A stretch of 62,038 nt of DNA from Methyloceanibacter sp. GTDB taxonomy: Bacteria; Pseudomonadota; Alphaproteobacteria; Rhizobiales; Methyloligellaceae. Under the pieces are notes generated by a model. It did no database searches, was not told the DNA's origin, and worked only from the letters and a program-made list of their open reading frames with translations. The stretch spans positions 1-62,038 of the forward strand of contig DASTKZ010000004.1 in assembly GCA_035715445.1 (NCBI GenBank), in the 5' to 3' direction. A program made the translations under genes and the position numbers. Positions 38,328 through 48,043 of the stretch are shown in pieces (the first letter of the stretch is position 1; each line of letters opens with the position of its first letter).

Positions 38328-39569
38328 CTATCGCTCGAGGCTTTCAGGGTTCCAGCCCAATAGCGCAAGCATGAGAAAGAACCCTGCGACATAGGCGACG
38401 GCCACGGGCCAGCCCTCTTTCAGCCAGCGAACCGTGGATTTGGCTTCGGGCATCAGACCCGCGACGGCTACGCCTGCGGACGATCCGAACCAAATCATTG
38501 AGCCGCCGAAGCCCACGGCGTAGGCCAGAAAGCCCCAATCATAGTTGTCCTGTTTTATGGCAAGCGCGGTGAGCGGAATGTTGTCGAACACCGCCGAGAC
38601 GAATCCCAGTCCAAGCGCCGTCTCCCAACTCGGCATAGGCAAGGATTTAACCGGCATCAACGATGCCGCGGAGACGAGCGCAATAAGGAAGATCGCCCCG
38701 CGCGCGGCGCGCGGAACGATCGACCAATCCGGTTGCGCTATCGGGATGGTCAGGAGAATGGCAGCCGCGACTGCAAGTCCAATCAGTGGCACCTTGTCCA
38801 GCATACTTGCGTCGAGGAAATGCGCGCCGACATTGGCCGCGATAGCCGAGGCGAGCACGATGATCACCACGGTAACGTGTCGATAGGAAATGCGCAGACC
38901 TGACGGTGGATCCTTGACGATCGGCGCGTATTTCTGCTGGGCCCGCGCGGCAGGAATGCCCGAGACGAACAGCGCGCATGCGGCCGCGACATAGGCATGC
39001 AGAACCGAAAGAGGACTTACGCCGGCGATCCACAGCATCGTCGTCGTGGTGTCGCCGATCACACTGCCCGAACCGCCGGCGTTTGATGCTCCCACAACCG
39101 CCGCGAGGTAACCGACACGGACGTTACCCTTGAAGACGTGCTTCGCCACGGTCGCGCCGATGAGGGCTGCGGCAATGTTGTCGAGAAACGAGGAGATAAC
39201 GAACACGAGGATCAGGAGCATTAGGCCGCCTGTCCAGTTGTCAGGCAGAGCGGCCGGCATCCAGTCGGGGATGCGGCTTGCCTCGAAATGGCGCGCAAGG
39301 AGAGCAAAGCCGATCAGAAGCAGAAACAGGTTTGTAAGCAGAACCCATTCATGCTCGAAATGCGCAAGGAGACCGGGCAATCCCGCGCCGGCGACGAACC
39401 CGGTACCCAACAGCTTCTTCAGGATGATGACGCTCAGGCCGCTGAGAGCGACGGCGAGCGTATGCCGGTGAAAAATGGCCACGCCGGCGAGCGTGAGGGC
39501 GAAGAGCAGAAAATCGATGCAGACCGAGACGTCGTGAGCGCTGAGATAGGGAGCGAAGCTGACGGTCAC
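38328..39569 (-). CDS. NhaD/ArsB/citrate transporter (IT superfamily) membrane protein
   Basis: SSFLDNIAA, NAGG.GSVIGDTTT, SAVFDNIP, GGS..WFGSSAGV. Confidence 0.88.
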   Translation of the reverse strand: MTVSFAPYLSAHDVSVCIDFLLFALTLAGVAIFHRHTLAVALSGLSVIILKKLLGTGFVAGAGLPGLLAHFEHEWVLLTNLFLLLIGFALLARHFEASRIPDWMPAALPDNWTGGLMLLILVFVISSFLDNIAAALIGATVAKHVFKGNVRVGYLAAVVGASNAGGSGSVIGDTTTTMLWIAGVSPLSVLHAYVAAACALFVSGIPAARAQQKYAPIVKDPPSGLRISYRHVTVVIIVLASAIAANVGAHFLDASMLDKVPLIGLAVAAAILLTIPIAQPDWSIVPRAARGAIFLIALVSAASLMPVKSLPMPSWETALGLGFVSAVFDNIPLTALAIKQDNYDWGFLAYAVGFGGSMIWFGSSAGVAVAGLMPEAKSTVRWLKEGWPVAVAYVAGFFLMLALLGWNPESLER

Positions 39570-39611
39570 GTGCAGGGTCCTACCGGCTTCCCAGACTTCT
39601 CACTCTGCCTC

Positions 39612-40067
39612 TCAACCCAACAGCACCTTGTAGCGGACGAAGTCGTCGGCCTTGGTGAAGCGATCGTAGAGGCGTCGCGCCGTCGCGTTCCCTTGGCGGG
39701 TGTGCCAATAGAGCCGCGACCAGCCGCGCTCGCGGCCAAGCACGAGGAGATCCTCGATCAGAGCCCGCCCCAGTCCGCGGCCTCTCGTCGCGGGATCCAC
39801 GAACAGATCCTCAAGGTAGCAGCGGGGCTCAATTTCCCACGAGCCTGGATGCACGACCGAGATGGTGAAGCCGGCAACGGCGCCCTCCCATTCGGCCATG
39901 CGCCCGATCATGCCGGAGCCCGGCATGAACAGCCGCTGCCAGGTCGCCGCCGTCACGTCCTCGGCGACCTCGGCCTCGTAGAAGGCGAGATAGCCCGCCC
40001 ACAGGCGCCGCCAGGCAGCCTCATCCCCAAGCTTGGGGTTGCGAATAACGAGTGCGGGGGCCGGCAT
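39612..40067 (-). CDS. GNAT family N-acetyltransferase
   Basis: YLEDLFV.P..RGRGLGRALI, N..ARRLY. Confidence 0.92.
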   Translation of the reverse strand: MPAPALVIRNPKLGDEAAWRRLWAGYLAFYEAEVAEDVTAATWQRLFMPGSGMIGRMAEWEGAVAGFTISVVHPGSWEIEPRCYLEDLFVDPATRGRGLGRALIEDLLVLGRERGWSRLYWHTRQGNATARRLYDRFTKADDFVRYKVLLG

Positions 40068-40076
40068 TGCCGAACG

Positions 40077-41381
40077 CTAGCAGTCGAGCGTTGCGGCCCG
40101 CTCCCAGGACGAGAGATGCCCGGTATAGTCGTTCCACTCGCGCATCTTGAGCTTGACGTAGGAATCGACGAACTCGTCGCCGAGCTCCCGGCGCAGGAGC
40201 TCGGATTTCGCCGTCACGCGCAACGCGTCGAGCAGATTGAGGGGAAGCTTCTTGGTGCCGGGCGGAGCCTTGTGTCCTTCGGCGTACATGTCGATATCGA
40301 GCGGCTTGCCCGGATCGATGCTCCGCGCGATGCCGTCGAGGCCCGCGGCGAGGATCGCCGCCGGCAGCAGATACGGATTGGTGGCGCCGTCGGCGAGCCG
40401 GAACTCGAAGCGCCCGCCGCCCGGGATGCGGATCATATGCGTGCGGTTGTTGCCGGCATAGGTCACGGTGTTGGGCGACCACGTCGCGCCCGACAACGTC
40501 ACCGGCGCGTTGATACGCTTGTATGAATTCACCGTGGGATTGGTGATGGCGCAAATGTCGCCGGCGGAATTCATCAACCCGCCGATGAAGTTGTAGGCGG
40601 TGCGCGACAGGCCGAGCGCGTCCTTGCCGTCGTCGAAACTGTTCTTGTTGCCCTGCCACAGGGAGGCATGGACGTGGCAGCCGCTGCCGGTGAGATTGGC
40701 GAAAGGCTTCGGCATGAAGGTGGCGCGCAAGCCATGCTTCTCGGCTATGGCCTTGACCATGTATTTGAAGAAGGCCATGCGATCGGCGGTGACGAGCGCG
40801 TCGTCGAACGCCCAATTCATTTCGAACTGGCCGTTGGCGTCCTCGTGATCGTTCTGGTAGGCGCCCCAGCCGAGCTCGAGCATCGAATCGCAAATCTCGC
40901 TGATGACGTCATAACGGCGCATCAGCGCGGACTGGTCGTAGCAGGGCTTGGACTGCGTATCGGCGGCGTCGCTGATCGCGGCCCCGTCGGGACTCAGAAG
41001 AAAGAACTCGCACTCCACGCCGGTCTTGAGCTGGAAGCCGGCCTTTGCAGCCTTGGCGATCATCCGCTTCAAGATATTGCGCGGCGCATGCTCGACCGGC
41101 TTGCCGTTCATGTAGGGATCGGCGGCGAGCCAGCCGACTTCACGCTTCCACGGCAATTGGATCAGGCTCGCGGGATCGGGAATGGCGAGGACATCGGGGT
41201 CGGCGGGGGTCATGTCGAGCCAGCTCGCGAAACCGGCGAAACCCGCGCCGTCCTTGGCCATGTCGGCGATCGCGGCCGAGGGCGCGAGTTTTGCTCTGAG
41301 CGTGCCGAACAAATCGACATAGGAGATCAAGAAATACTTGATCCCGCGCTCTTTTGCGATCTTCGCCAAGTCCGTTGCCAT
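40077..41381 (-). CDS. gmaS: Gamma-glutamylmethylamide synthetase (GlnT-type glutamine synthetase family)
   Basis: GAGFAGFA, GVECEFFL, YQNDHEDANGQFEMNW, SGATWSP, NNRTH; directly after mgsABC. Confidence 0.92.
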   Translation of the reverse strand: MATDLAKIAKERGIKYFLISYVDLFGTLRAKLAPSAAIADMAKDGAGFAGFASWLDMTPADPDVLAIPDPASLIQLPWKREVGWLAADPYMNGKPVEHAPRNILKRMIAKAAKAGFQLKTGVECEFFLLSPDGAAISDAADTQSKPCYDQSALMRRYDVISEICDSMLELGWGAYQNDHEDANGQFEMNWAFDDALVTADRMAFFKYMVKAIAEKHGLRATFMPKPFANLTGSGCHVHASLWQGNKNSFDDGKDALGLSRTAYNFIGGLMNSAGDICAITNPTVNSYKRINAPVTLSGATWSPNTVTYAGNNRTHMIRIPGGGRFEFRLADGATNPYLLPAAILAAGLDGIARSIDPGKPLDIDMYAEGHKAPPGTKKLPLNLLDALRVTAKSELLRRELGDEFVDSYVKLKMREWNDYTGHLSSWERAATLDC

Positions 41382-41399
41382 TACCTTCTCCTCCCTGAC

Positions 41400-42728
41400 T
41401 TAAACCGAACCGCCTTGGCCCGGAATCCAGCTCGTGCCGGCAAGCGGCACCCGCGCCATGGCGGCCGACTCGACCGTGAGCGCCACGAGATCCTCGGGCT
41501 CGAGATTGTGAACGTGGCTCTTGCCGCAGGCGCGCGCGATGGTCTGCGTCTCGAGCGTCAAGACGGAAAGATAATTGGCGAGCCGCCGGCCGGCGAGAAC
41601 CGGATCGAGTCTCGCGGCGAGCGCCGTGTCCTGAGTGGTGATGCCGGCGGGGTCGCGCCCCTCATGCCAGTCGTCGTAGCAGCCGGAAGTGGTGCCGAGC
41701 TTTTGATACTCATCCTCGAGCGCGGGGTCGTTGTCGCCGAGCGCGACCAGCGCCGCGGTGCCGATCGCAACCGCGTCCGCCCCGAGCGCAAGCGCCTTGG
41801 CCACGTCGGCGCCGTTGCGAATGCCGCCGGAAACGATCAGCTGAACTTTGCGGTGCATGCCGAGGTCCTGGAGCGCATCGACCGCCGGCCGGATGGATCC
41901 GAGGATCGGCAGCCCGATATGCTCGATGAACACTTCCTGCGTGGCCGCCGTGCCTCCTTGCATGCCGTCGAGCACAATCACGTCGGCTCCGGCCTTGACG
42001 GCAAGGGCGGTGTCATAGAAGGGGCGCGAAGCGCCTACCTTGACGTAGATCGGCTTCTGCCAATCGGTGATCTCCCGGATCTCCTCGATCTTGATCTCGA
42101 GGTCGTCGGGGCCAGTCCAGTCGGGGTGACGGCAGGCCGAGCGTTGGTCGATTCCCTTAGGCAACGTCCGCATCTCGGCAACGCGATCGGAGATTTTCTG
42201 CCCGAGCAGCATGCCGCCGCCGCCGGGCTTGGCGCCCTGGCCGACCACGATCTCGATGGCATCGGCGCGGCGCAGATCGTCGGGGTTCATGCCATAGCGC
42301 GAGGGCAGCACCTGATAGACGAGGATCGTCGAGTGATGACGCTCCTCCTCGGTCATGCCGCCGTCGCCGGTCGTGGTCGAGGTGCCGACTTGCGACGCGC
42401 CGCGCCCCAACGCCTCCTTGGCCTGGGCCGAGAGCGAGCCGAAGCTCATGCCGGCGATGGTGACGGGAATCTTGATGTGGATGGGTTTCTCGGCGAACCG
42501 GGTGCCGAGCCACACATCGGTCGCGCAGCGCTCGCGATAGCCTTCGAGCGGATAGCGGCTGATCGAGGCGCCGAGGAAGAGAAGGTCGTCGAAATGCGGA
42601 ACCTTGCGCTTGGCGCCGGCGCCGCGGATATCGTAGATGCCGGTGGCGGCGGCGCGGCGGATCTCCGACAGCGCAGACGCATCGAACGTTGCTGAGGGGC
42701 GCGGAGTGGTTCGCGGCGTCCAATCCAT
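41400..42728 (-). CDS. mgsC: N-methylglutamate synthase subunit C (FMN-binding)
   Basis: GMSFGSLS, GQGAKPGGGGMLLGQK, RHPDWTGPDDL, DDWHEGRDPAGITTQD. Confidence 0.93.
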   Translation of the reverse strand: MDWTPRTTPRPSATFDASALSEIRRAAATGIYDIRGAGAKRKVPHFDDLLFLGASISRYPLEGYRERCATDVWLGTRFAEKPIHIKIPVTIAGMSFGSLSAQAKEALGRGASQVGTSTTTGDGGMTEEERHHSTILVYQVLPSRYGMNPDDLRRADAIEIVVGQGAKPGGGGMLLGQKISDRVAEMRTLPKGIDQRSACRHPDWTGPDDLEIKIEEIREITDWQKPIYVKVGASRPFYDTALAVKAGADVIVLDGMQGGTAATQEVFIEHIGLPILGSIRPAVDALQDLGMHRKVQLIVSGGIRNGADVAKALALGADAVAIGTAALVALGDNDPALEDEYQKLGTTSGCYDDWHEGRDPAGITTQDTALAARLDPVLAGRRLANYLSVLTLETQTIARACGKSHVHNLEPEDLVALTVESAAMARVPLAGTSWIPGQGGSV

Positions 42729-43417
42729 CAATAGGCTCCGGTGTGATCGACGTGGAAATTGTATAGCTTGCGCGCCGAGCCGTAACGCCGGAACTCGCCA
42801 GGGTCAATCTGGCCGTTGACGCCCGCCCGCTCCAGCACCGCATGCACGGCGCGTTTGTGCTCGTCGCGCATCGGCTTCTCGATGCAATCCGCGCCGAGAC
42901 TCCTGACCTTGCCGCGCACGAAGAGGCGCGCCTCGTAGATCGAATCGCCAAGCGCGTCGCCCGCCTCTCCGAACACGATCAAGTTGCCGGCCTGGGCCAT
43001 GAAGGCGCTCATATGGCCGACCGAACCCTGCACGACGATGTCGATTCCCTTCATGGAGATGCCGCAGCGCGAGGACGCGTTGCCGTCGATGCGGAGCAGC
43101 CCGCCGCGCCCGGTCGCGCCCGCCGATTGGCTGGCATCGCCCGTGACATGGACCAAGCCCGACATCATGTTCTCGGCCACGCCGACGCCGGCGCTGCCGT
43201 GGATCAGCACGGTCGCGTGCTTGTTCATGCCGGCGCAGTAATAGCCGACCGGGCCGTTGATCTCGACGGTGATCGGAGCATTGAGCCCGGCGGCAATGGC
43301 GTGACGCCCGGCCGGATGATCGACGATCCAGTGCCGCTCGTTGGTGTCGGGGCGGAGGCGGTGGAGCGCCGCGTTCAACTCTCTGAGCGGCGTTGAAGCG
43401 AGATCGATCTCGGGCAC
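42728..43417 (-). CDS. mgsB: N-methylglutamate synthase subunit B (GXGXG)
   Basis: GYYCAGMN, AENMMSG, RCGISMKG, GDSIYEA, YGSARKLYNF; GTG start. Confidence 0.93.
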   Translation of the reverse strand: MPEIDLASTPLRELNAALHRLRPDTNERHWIVDHPAGRHAIAAGLNAPITVEINGPVGYYCAGMNKHATVLIHGSAGVGVAENMMSGLVHVTGDASQSAGATGRGGLLRIDGNASSRCGISMKGIDIVVQGSVGHMSAFMAQAGNLIVFGEAGDALGDSIYEARLFVRGKVRSLGADCIEKPMRDEHKRAVHAVLERAGVNGQIDPGEFRRYGSARKLYNFHVDHTGAY

Positions 43418-43419
43418 AA

Positions 43420-44310
43420 TCAACGCTCCCAGAAATAGACGGTCGCGGGCTCGGGCTCCCACACCCGCGCGTTCTCGATGCCGGGCAGGCCGGCCAGCGC
43501 GCGGTATTCGGAGCCGAAGGCGACGTAACGGTCGGTCTCGGCCATCACTGCCGGCTTGCAGGCGATACCGTCGCGGAGCACGCCAAAGCCGTTCTCGGTG
43601 CCGACCACGAAGGTGTAGAAGCCGTCGAGATCGTCGAGGCTCACCGTCAGCGCGTCGCCGAGCGACTTGCCTTCGCGCATCTTCCAGCTGAGATAGCCTG
43701 CGGCAACTTCGGTGTCGTTCTCGGTGTCGAAATGGAAGCCCTCGCGCTTCAGCACGCGGCGGAGATTGTTATGGTTCGACAGCGAGCCGTTGTGCACGAG
43801 GCACTGGTCCTTGCCGGTCGAATAGGGGTGGGCGCCGTCGGTGGTCACCGCCGATTCCGTCGCCATGCGCGTATGCCCGATGGCGTGGGTGCCTTGCATC
43901 GAGGCAAGGCGGAAGCGCTCTGTGACCTCTTCGGGGCGTCCCACCTCTTTATAAACCTCGATCCTCCGCCCGCGTCCGACGAGCTCGACGCCGGGCGCCT
44001 CGCGCTCAAGCCAATCGACAAGGGCCCCGGCCGAGGCATCGGCGAGAGCGACCACGACATGGGTGTCGTGCGTCGTCGTCTTCGCGCCCGCGAAGTCCTT
44101 GGCGATCCGCGCGGCCGTTTCCTTGGCGGCGCCGGCGGAGGACGTCCGCAGCGTGAGCTTGGTTTCGCCCGCCTTGCCCGCGCCATAGACGGCGAAGCCC
44201 GCGCTGTCGGGGCCACGGTCCGACATTGTGGCGAGCATCCCGGCGGTCAGCTTGCCGAGCTCCGGTTCGAGCGAGGGGTCCTTGATGAAGAGTCCAACGA
44301 TGCCGCACAT
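43420..44310 (-). CDS. mgsA: N-methylglutamate synthase subunit A (class II amidotransferase)
   Basis: MCGIVG, RGPDSAG, GHTRMATES, HNGSLSNH, NDTE. Confidence 0.93.
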   Translation of the reverse strand: MCGIVGLFIKDPSLEPELGKLTAGMLATMSDRGPDSAGFAVYGAGKAGETKLTLRTSSAGAAKETAARIAKDFAGAKTTTHDTHVVVALADASAGALVDWLEREAPGVELVGRGRRIEVYKEVGRPEEVTERFRLASMQGTHAIGHTRMATESAVTTDGAHPYSTGKDQCLVHNGSLSNHNNLRRVLKREGFHFDTENDTEVAAGYLSWKMREGKSLGDALTVSLDDLDGFYTFVVGTENGFGVLRDGIACKPAVMAETDRYVAFGSEYRALAGLPGIENARVWEPEPATVYFWER

Positions 44311-44341
44311 TGCAAGAAAGCTCCGGGTTAGCCCCATGAAC

Positions 44342-44400
44342 GATGCTACGGGGCGCAGCCGCTCGTCAACCCGGGTGAAATAAAGTTTCCTAGGGAGAAA
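44342..44400 (-). promoter_or_regulatory. mgsA promoter: tandem operator boxes plus TTGACG-N15-TAGCAT
   Basis: Minus strand reads TTTCTCCCTAGGAAA-N5-TTTCACCCGGGTTGACG; same layout as the amt promoter. Confidence 0.65.
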
Positions 44401-44401
44401 T

Positions 44402-45109
44402 TCAACTGCGGGGGTAGATGATGATCGAAAGATAGGTCATCGGCCGCTCGAGCAGCTCTTCGGGCCCGTGCGGCGCGCCGGAGTCGAAGAACAGCGCATC
44501 GCCCGCCGACATCGGATAGAGCTTGTCGGCATGACGGTAAATCACCTTGCCGGTCAGCATGTAAATGAACTCGACGCCGTCATGCTGGAATAGGGCGTAA
44601 GGCTCGGCGTCCTCGCTCAGCGTGATGAGATAGGGTTCGACAACGATATCGCCCGAAATCGAGTGCCCGAGCAGTTCGTAGCGGTGTCCCGATTTGGTGC
44701 CGCGACGTTCGATCAGCACGCCCTGGCCCGCGCGCACATAGGAACAGTCGCGCCGCTCCTCGAAGTCGGCAAAGAAACTCGTGAGCGGCACGTTGAGCGC
44801 GCGCGCGAGCGCCTTAAGGGTGGAGAGCGAGGGCGAGGTGCCGCCGTTTTCGATCTTCGACAGCATGCCCGGCGAAAGCCCGGCCTGGGCCGCAAGCTCC
44901 GTCGCGGTGAGTTGCAGTCTCTGGCGGAGCAGCCGCACCTTTCGGCCGATCGAGATCTCGAGTTGAAGCTCGCCGGTCGTCGGCGCGCTCGAGCCGGTGG
45001 CATAGACATCGGACGCGTTGCCGTCGCCGGAAACTTGGCGCGGCACAGGGCCACGGCGGCGCGCAGGGGTGCGCGCCTTCAACAATTTTGAGGAGAGCCT
45101 CGTCGCCAT
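44402..45109 (-). CDS. XRE HTH plus cupin transcriptional regulator of the mgs-gmaS operon
   Basis: LS.GMLSKIENG..SPSL, FQH.GVEFIYML.G cupin; GGAGG RBS. Confidence 0.92.
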   Translation of the reverse strand: MATRLSSKLLKARTPARRRGPVPRQVSGDGNASDVYATGSSAPTTGELQLEISIGRKVRLLRQRLQLTATELAAQAGLSPGMLSKIENGGTSPSLSTLKALARALNVPLTSFFADFEERRDCSYVRAGQGVLIERRGTKSGHRYELLGHSISGDIVVEPYLITLSEDAEPYALFQHDGVEFIYMLTGKVIYRHADKLYPMSAGDALFFDSGAPHGPEELLERPMTYLSIIIYPRS

Positions 45110-45363
45110 CCTGCCTCCTTCCACTCCTTTCGGCCCGACTTCAGAAAATTGGGTCAGGTAGAAGCTAGCACGAACCGGCGAAGGCAGGACACCTCCCAAG
45201 AACCCGCCTGAATTGGGACCACCCGCGTTTGATAAGGGTTAGGTTCGGAAACGCACCGGGGCCGAAAGCCACCCCCTGCGCTGTGGTTGAACCTGTTCGA
45301 GCCAACATGCGTCAAAAGGTGTGAGCAGCAACTACGCTTGTCTAATCCGACTGGAGGTTTGAA

Positions 45364-45759
45364 ATGTCACAGAGACAGCCGACCATCGTCTCTACCTTAT
45401 ATGCCTTGTCGTCGACGGCATTTGTGCCAGTAGCTAATGCCGAGAGCGCAATATGCGGCGAGCCTTGTTCGGCGGGCCCAAGTTTTGCAGATGGAACGGT
45501 GCGAGCTAGAGCAATAGTTTGCAGCTCCGCCATCATCACCCCAACCGGTCCAGTCATGGTGCGCGCAAGAAGCTGCGGGTGCGTCAGCAGTAACGGCGCT
45601 CAACATCTGAGACCGTTCCGCACGCTGAAAACGGAACGGTCTACTTTTACAAGAGAACAAAAGAAGCTGACAAAGAGTTTCTTTTCGCCGTTACCATTGG
45701 GATCGCCGTGCCATCAGCGAGCAGGTAACGATTTAATTCGTGGGCGATCTCTCGCCTAG
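45364..45759 (+). CDS. Hypothetical protein or decayed gene
   Basis: Strong GGAGG RBS and AxA signal-like site (VANA), but weak codon bias. Confidence 0.3.
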   Translation: MSQRQPTIVSTLYALSSTAFVPVANAESAICGEPCSAGPSFADGTVRARAIVCSSAIITPTGPVMVRARSCGCVSSNGAQHLRPFRTLKTERSTFTREQKKLTKSFFSPLPLGSPCHQRAGNDLIRGRSLA

Positions 45760-45776
45760 TGTCAGGCGTTTCAAAC

Positions 45777-45962
45777 TCAACCGGGCGAACCCCGTGTATG
45801 AAGAGACCCGGCTTGTAGCAGCGGGGCCGGCGCTTGACGCTCGACCTGCTGCGTTTGCTTTGTCACCCTCCCGCCGTCGATTCCGATGAAAATGGCATTC
45901 ACTCCCGCGGCGAGCACGAACAGGGACGTGAGCAGAGCAGCGCATTTTGTGGATTTCTTCAT
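45777..45962 (-). CDS. Small hypothetical membrane/secreted protein (61 aa)
   Basis: GGAGG RBS, MKKSTK followed by a hydrophobic stretch. Confidence 0.5.
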   Translation of the reverse strand: MKKSTKCAALLTSLFVLAAGVNAIFIGIDGGRVTKQTQQVERQAPAPLLQAGSLHTRGSPG

Positions 45963-46171
45963 CAGAAGCCTCCACTGATTGGTTGGGCCGCAGCGACCGT
46001 TATCGTCCTTGTCGCGGCTTTGTACTGTTGACAAGATAGGTTAGGCGGAGCCAAGGCTCCATTCTCTAAGGGGATGAAGACCTTTCCAAAGCGATAGTCC
46101 GCCTACACCTTTGGTTTAGATCTTCTGGGGCCGGATGGCGCTCCGAAGCCGCGGTTCCACCGGAGCTCATT

Positions 46172-48043
46172 GTGCTTAGAAGTTTGCGCACTAGCACGAA
46201 GCTTTTGCTCCTGTGCGGCGTTTTCGTCGGCGCGTTGGCGGTGGCAACCTACGGTCTCATCGCCGAGAAGCAGATTGCTATCCAATTCGTGCGTAAGGAG
46301 CTGGTTGGCGTCGAGCATTTGCGCGTCGTTCGCGGAATTTACGCGTCTCTCCTCAAGGAAGGCCCGGGCGGGTCGCAGAGCGCGGGAACAGGGAACGCAG
46401 ATGAAACGCGGAAGAGGCTCGCGGCGGCGAGTTCGGTCGATCCCGGACAGCTCGACACGGCGGCGCTCGAACGGGCGCTTAGCGATGCTATCGACAAGCT
46501 CGCATCGGCCGAAGACCGAGACCAGAGACCGGCTCTAGTTGCCGGCGCGCTGACCGCGGCGCGTAACCTCGCGGCGCGGATCGGCGATGACTCCAACCTC
46601 ACTCTCGATCCGGATCTCGACAGTTTCTACATCCAGAACATCGCCGTCAGCAAAATGCCAGCCCTTCTCAGCGAGATTGGAGAGATGCAGTCCGCACTCG
46701 AGACCCCCGCCTCCGCACAGCCGGCACCCGAGACCCCCGCGGTGCGCATTTTGGTGTTGGATGGCATGATTCGATCGACCCTGGAAGAAATCGAAAAAGA
46801 CTTGCAAGCGTCATATCGCGGCGGCAACGGCGCCCGGCTTCGGCAAGTGCTCGATGCCGACTTGCAGACTATGATCGCGGATGCGAACGCCTATCTCGAC
46901 ACGGTGAAGGCCTCGCTAAGCGGCGTGGCCGATGCAAGCGCACTCGCTGATCGTAATGCGACCGCGGCGAACAGCGCGATCGAAGCTTGGACCAAGAGCC
47001 TGACCGAGCTGAAGCGGCTTCTCGATGCGAGACTCGCAGCCCTCCTTGGCAACCTGCGGAGTAGTCTCCTTCTCAACGGCCTCCTGTCGGCGCTCGCCCT
47101 GACATTTGCCCTGATCACGGGACGTCATATCGTGCAACCACTCTTGAAGCTGGAACGTCTTGCTGACGAGGTAGGGCAAACTAAGGACTACAAACTTCGC
47201 ACCGATTACAAGAGTCGGGATGAGATTGGCCGGCTTGCGATCGCGTTCAATGCCATGTTGGCGGAACTTGCGACGGCGCGCGAGCGCGAGGCCGCCGATG
47301 CAGCCCGAAATGCGGCGATGCAAACCGAACTTGCCCGGGTTGCGCGGGTATCCACGATGGGCGAGATGGCGGCTTCAATTGCCCACGAGATCAACCAACC
47401 ACTTGCGGCAATCGTGAATAACGCGAATGCGAGTTTGCGGTGGCTAGGCCGGGATCCTCCAAATGTGGAGCGCGCGCGCTCGGCGCTCGACCGCGTCGTT
47501 TCCGATGGAGCACGGGCGAGCGAGGTTATCAACAGCATTCGAGCAATGCTGGAAAAAAGCGGCCAGGAGCGAGTCAAGCTTGATGTCAATGACCTAATTC
47601 GCGAGGTCATGACCTTCGTACGCGCCGATTTGAGGCATCACGGGATTACGGTACGAACCGACCTAGCTGGCGATGTGCCAGGTATAGCGGCCGTGCGCAT
47701 TCAGTTGCAACAAGTCCTGCTCAACTTGGTTGCCAATGCCGTTGAGTCCATGAGCGCGGTCGATGATCGTGCCCGGGTACTCACTGTTCGCTGCAAAAAG
47801 GCCGATAGCCATGGCATACTCATTACCATCGAAGATACCGGAGCTGGGATCGGCCGGACGGATCTTGAACGCGTCTTCGAGCCGTTCTTTTCGACGAAAC
47901 CCGAGGGAATGGGCATGGGATTGTCCATCTGCCGATCCATCGTTGAGGCGCATGGCGGTCGCATCGTAGCATCACCGGCTCGTGACCGCGGATCGGTGTT
48001 TGAGGTCATTTTGCCGCTCGGCGAGCCAAGCCAATCTGCATGA
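46172..48043 (+). CDS. Membrane sensor histidine kinase (periplasmic helical domain, HAMP, HisKA, HATPase; NodV/FixL-like core)
   Basis: NLTLDPDLDSFY, DEIGRLA..FN.M, IAHEINQPL, QQVLLNL..NA, DTGAG, GMGMGL. Confidence 0.93.
   Translation: MLRSLRTSTKLLLLCGVFVGALAVATYGLIAEKQIAIQFVRKELVGVEHLRVVRGIYASLLKEGPGGSQSAGTGNADETRKRLAAASSVDPGQLDTAALERALSDAIDKLASAEDRDQRPALVAGALTAARNLAARIGDDSNLTLDPDLDSFYIQNIAVSKMPALLSEIGEMQSALETPASAQPAPETPAVRILVLDGMIRSTLEEIEKDLQASYRGGNGARLRQVLDADLQTMIADANAYLDTVKASLSGVADASALADRNATAANSAIEAWTKSLTELKRLLDARLAALLGNLRSSLLLNGLLSALALTFALITGRHIVQPLLKLERLADEVGQTKDYKLRTDYKSRDEIGRLAIAFNAMLAELATAREREAADAARNAAMQTELARVARVSTMGEMAASIAHEINQPLAAIVNNANASLRWLGRDPPNVERARSALDRVVSDGARASEVINSIRAMLEKSGQERVKLDVNDLIREVMTFVRADLRHHGITVRTDLAGDVPGIAAVRIQLQQVLLNLVANAVESMSAVDDRARVLTVRCKKADSHGILITIEDTGAGIGRTDLERVFEPFFSTKPEGMGMGLSICRSIVEAHGGRIVASPARDRGSVFEVILPLGEPSQSA

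Noticed and set aside
40668-42695. 675-aa plus-strand ORF and other long antisense ORFs (24..1190, 3701..4942, 11114..12559, 29648..31330, 57788..59050)
   Set aside because: They lie opposite well-supported genes, have no motifs, and are the expected stop-poor shadow frames of high-GC coding DNA.
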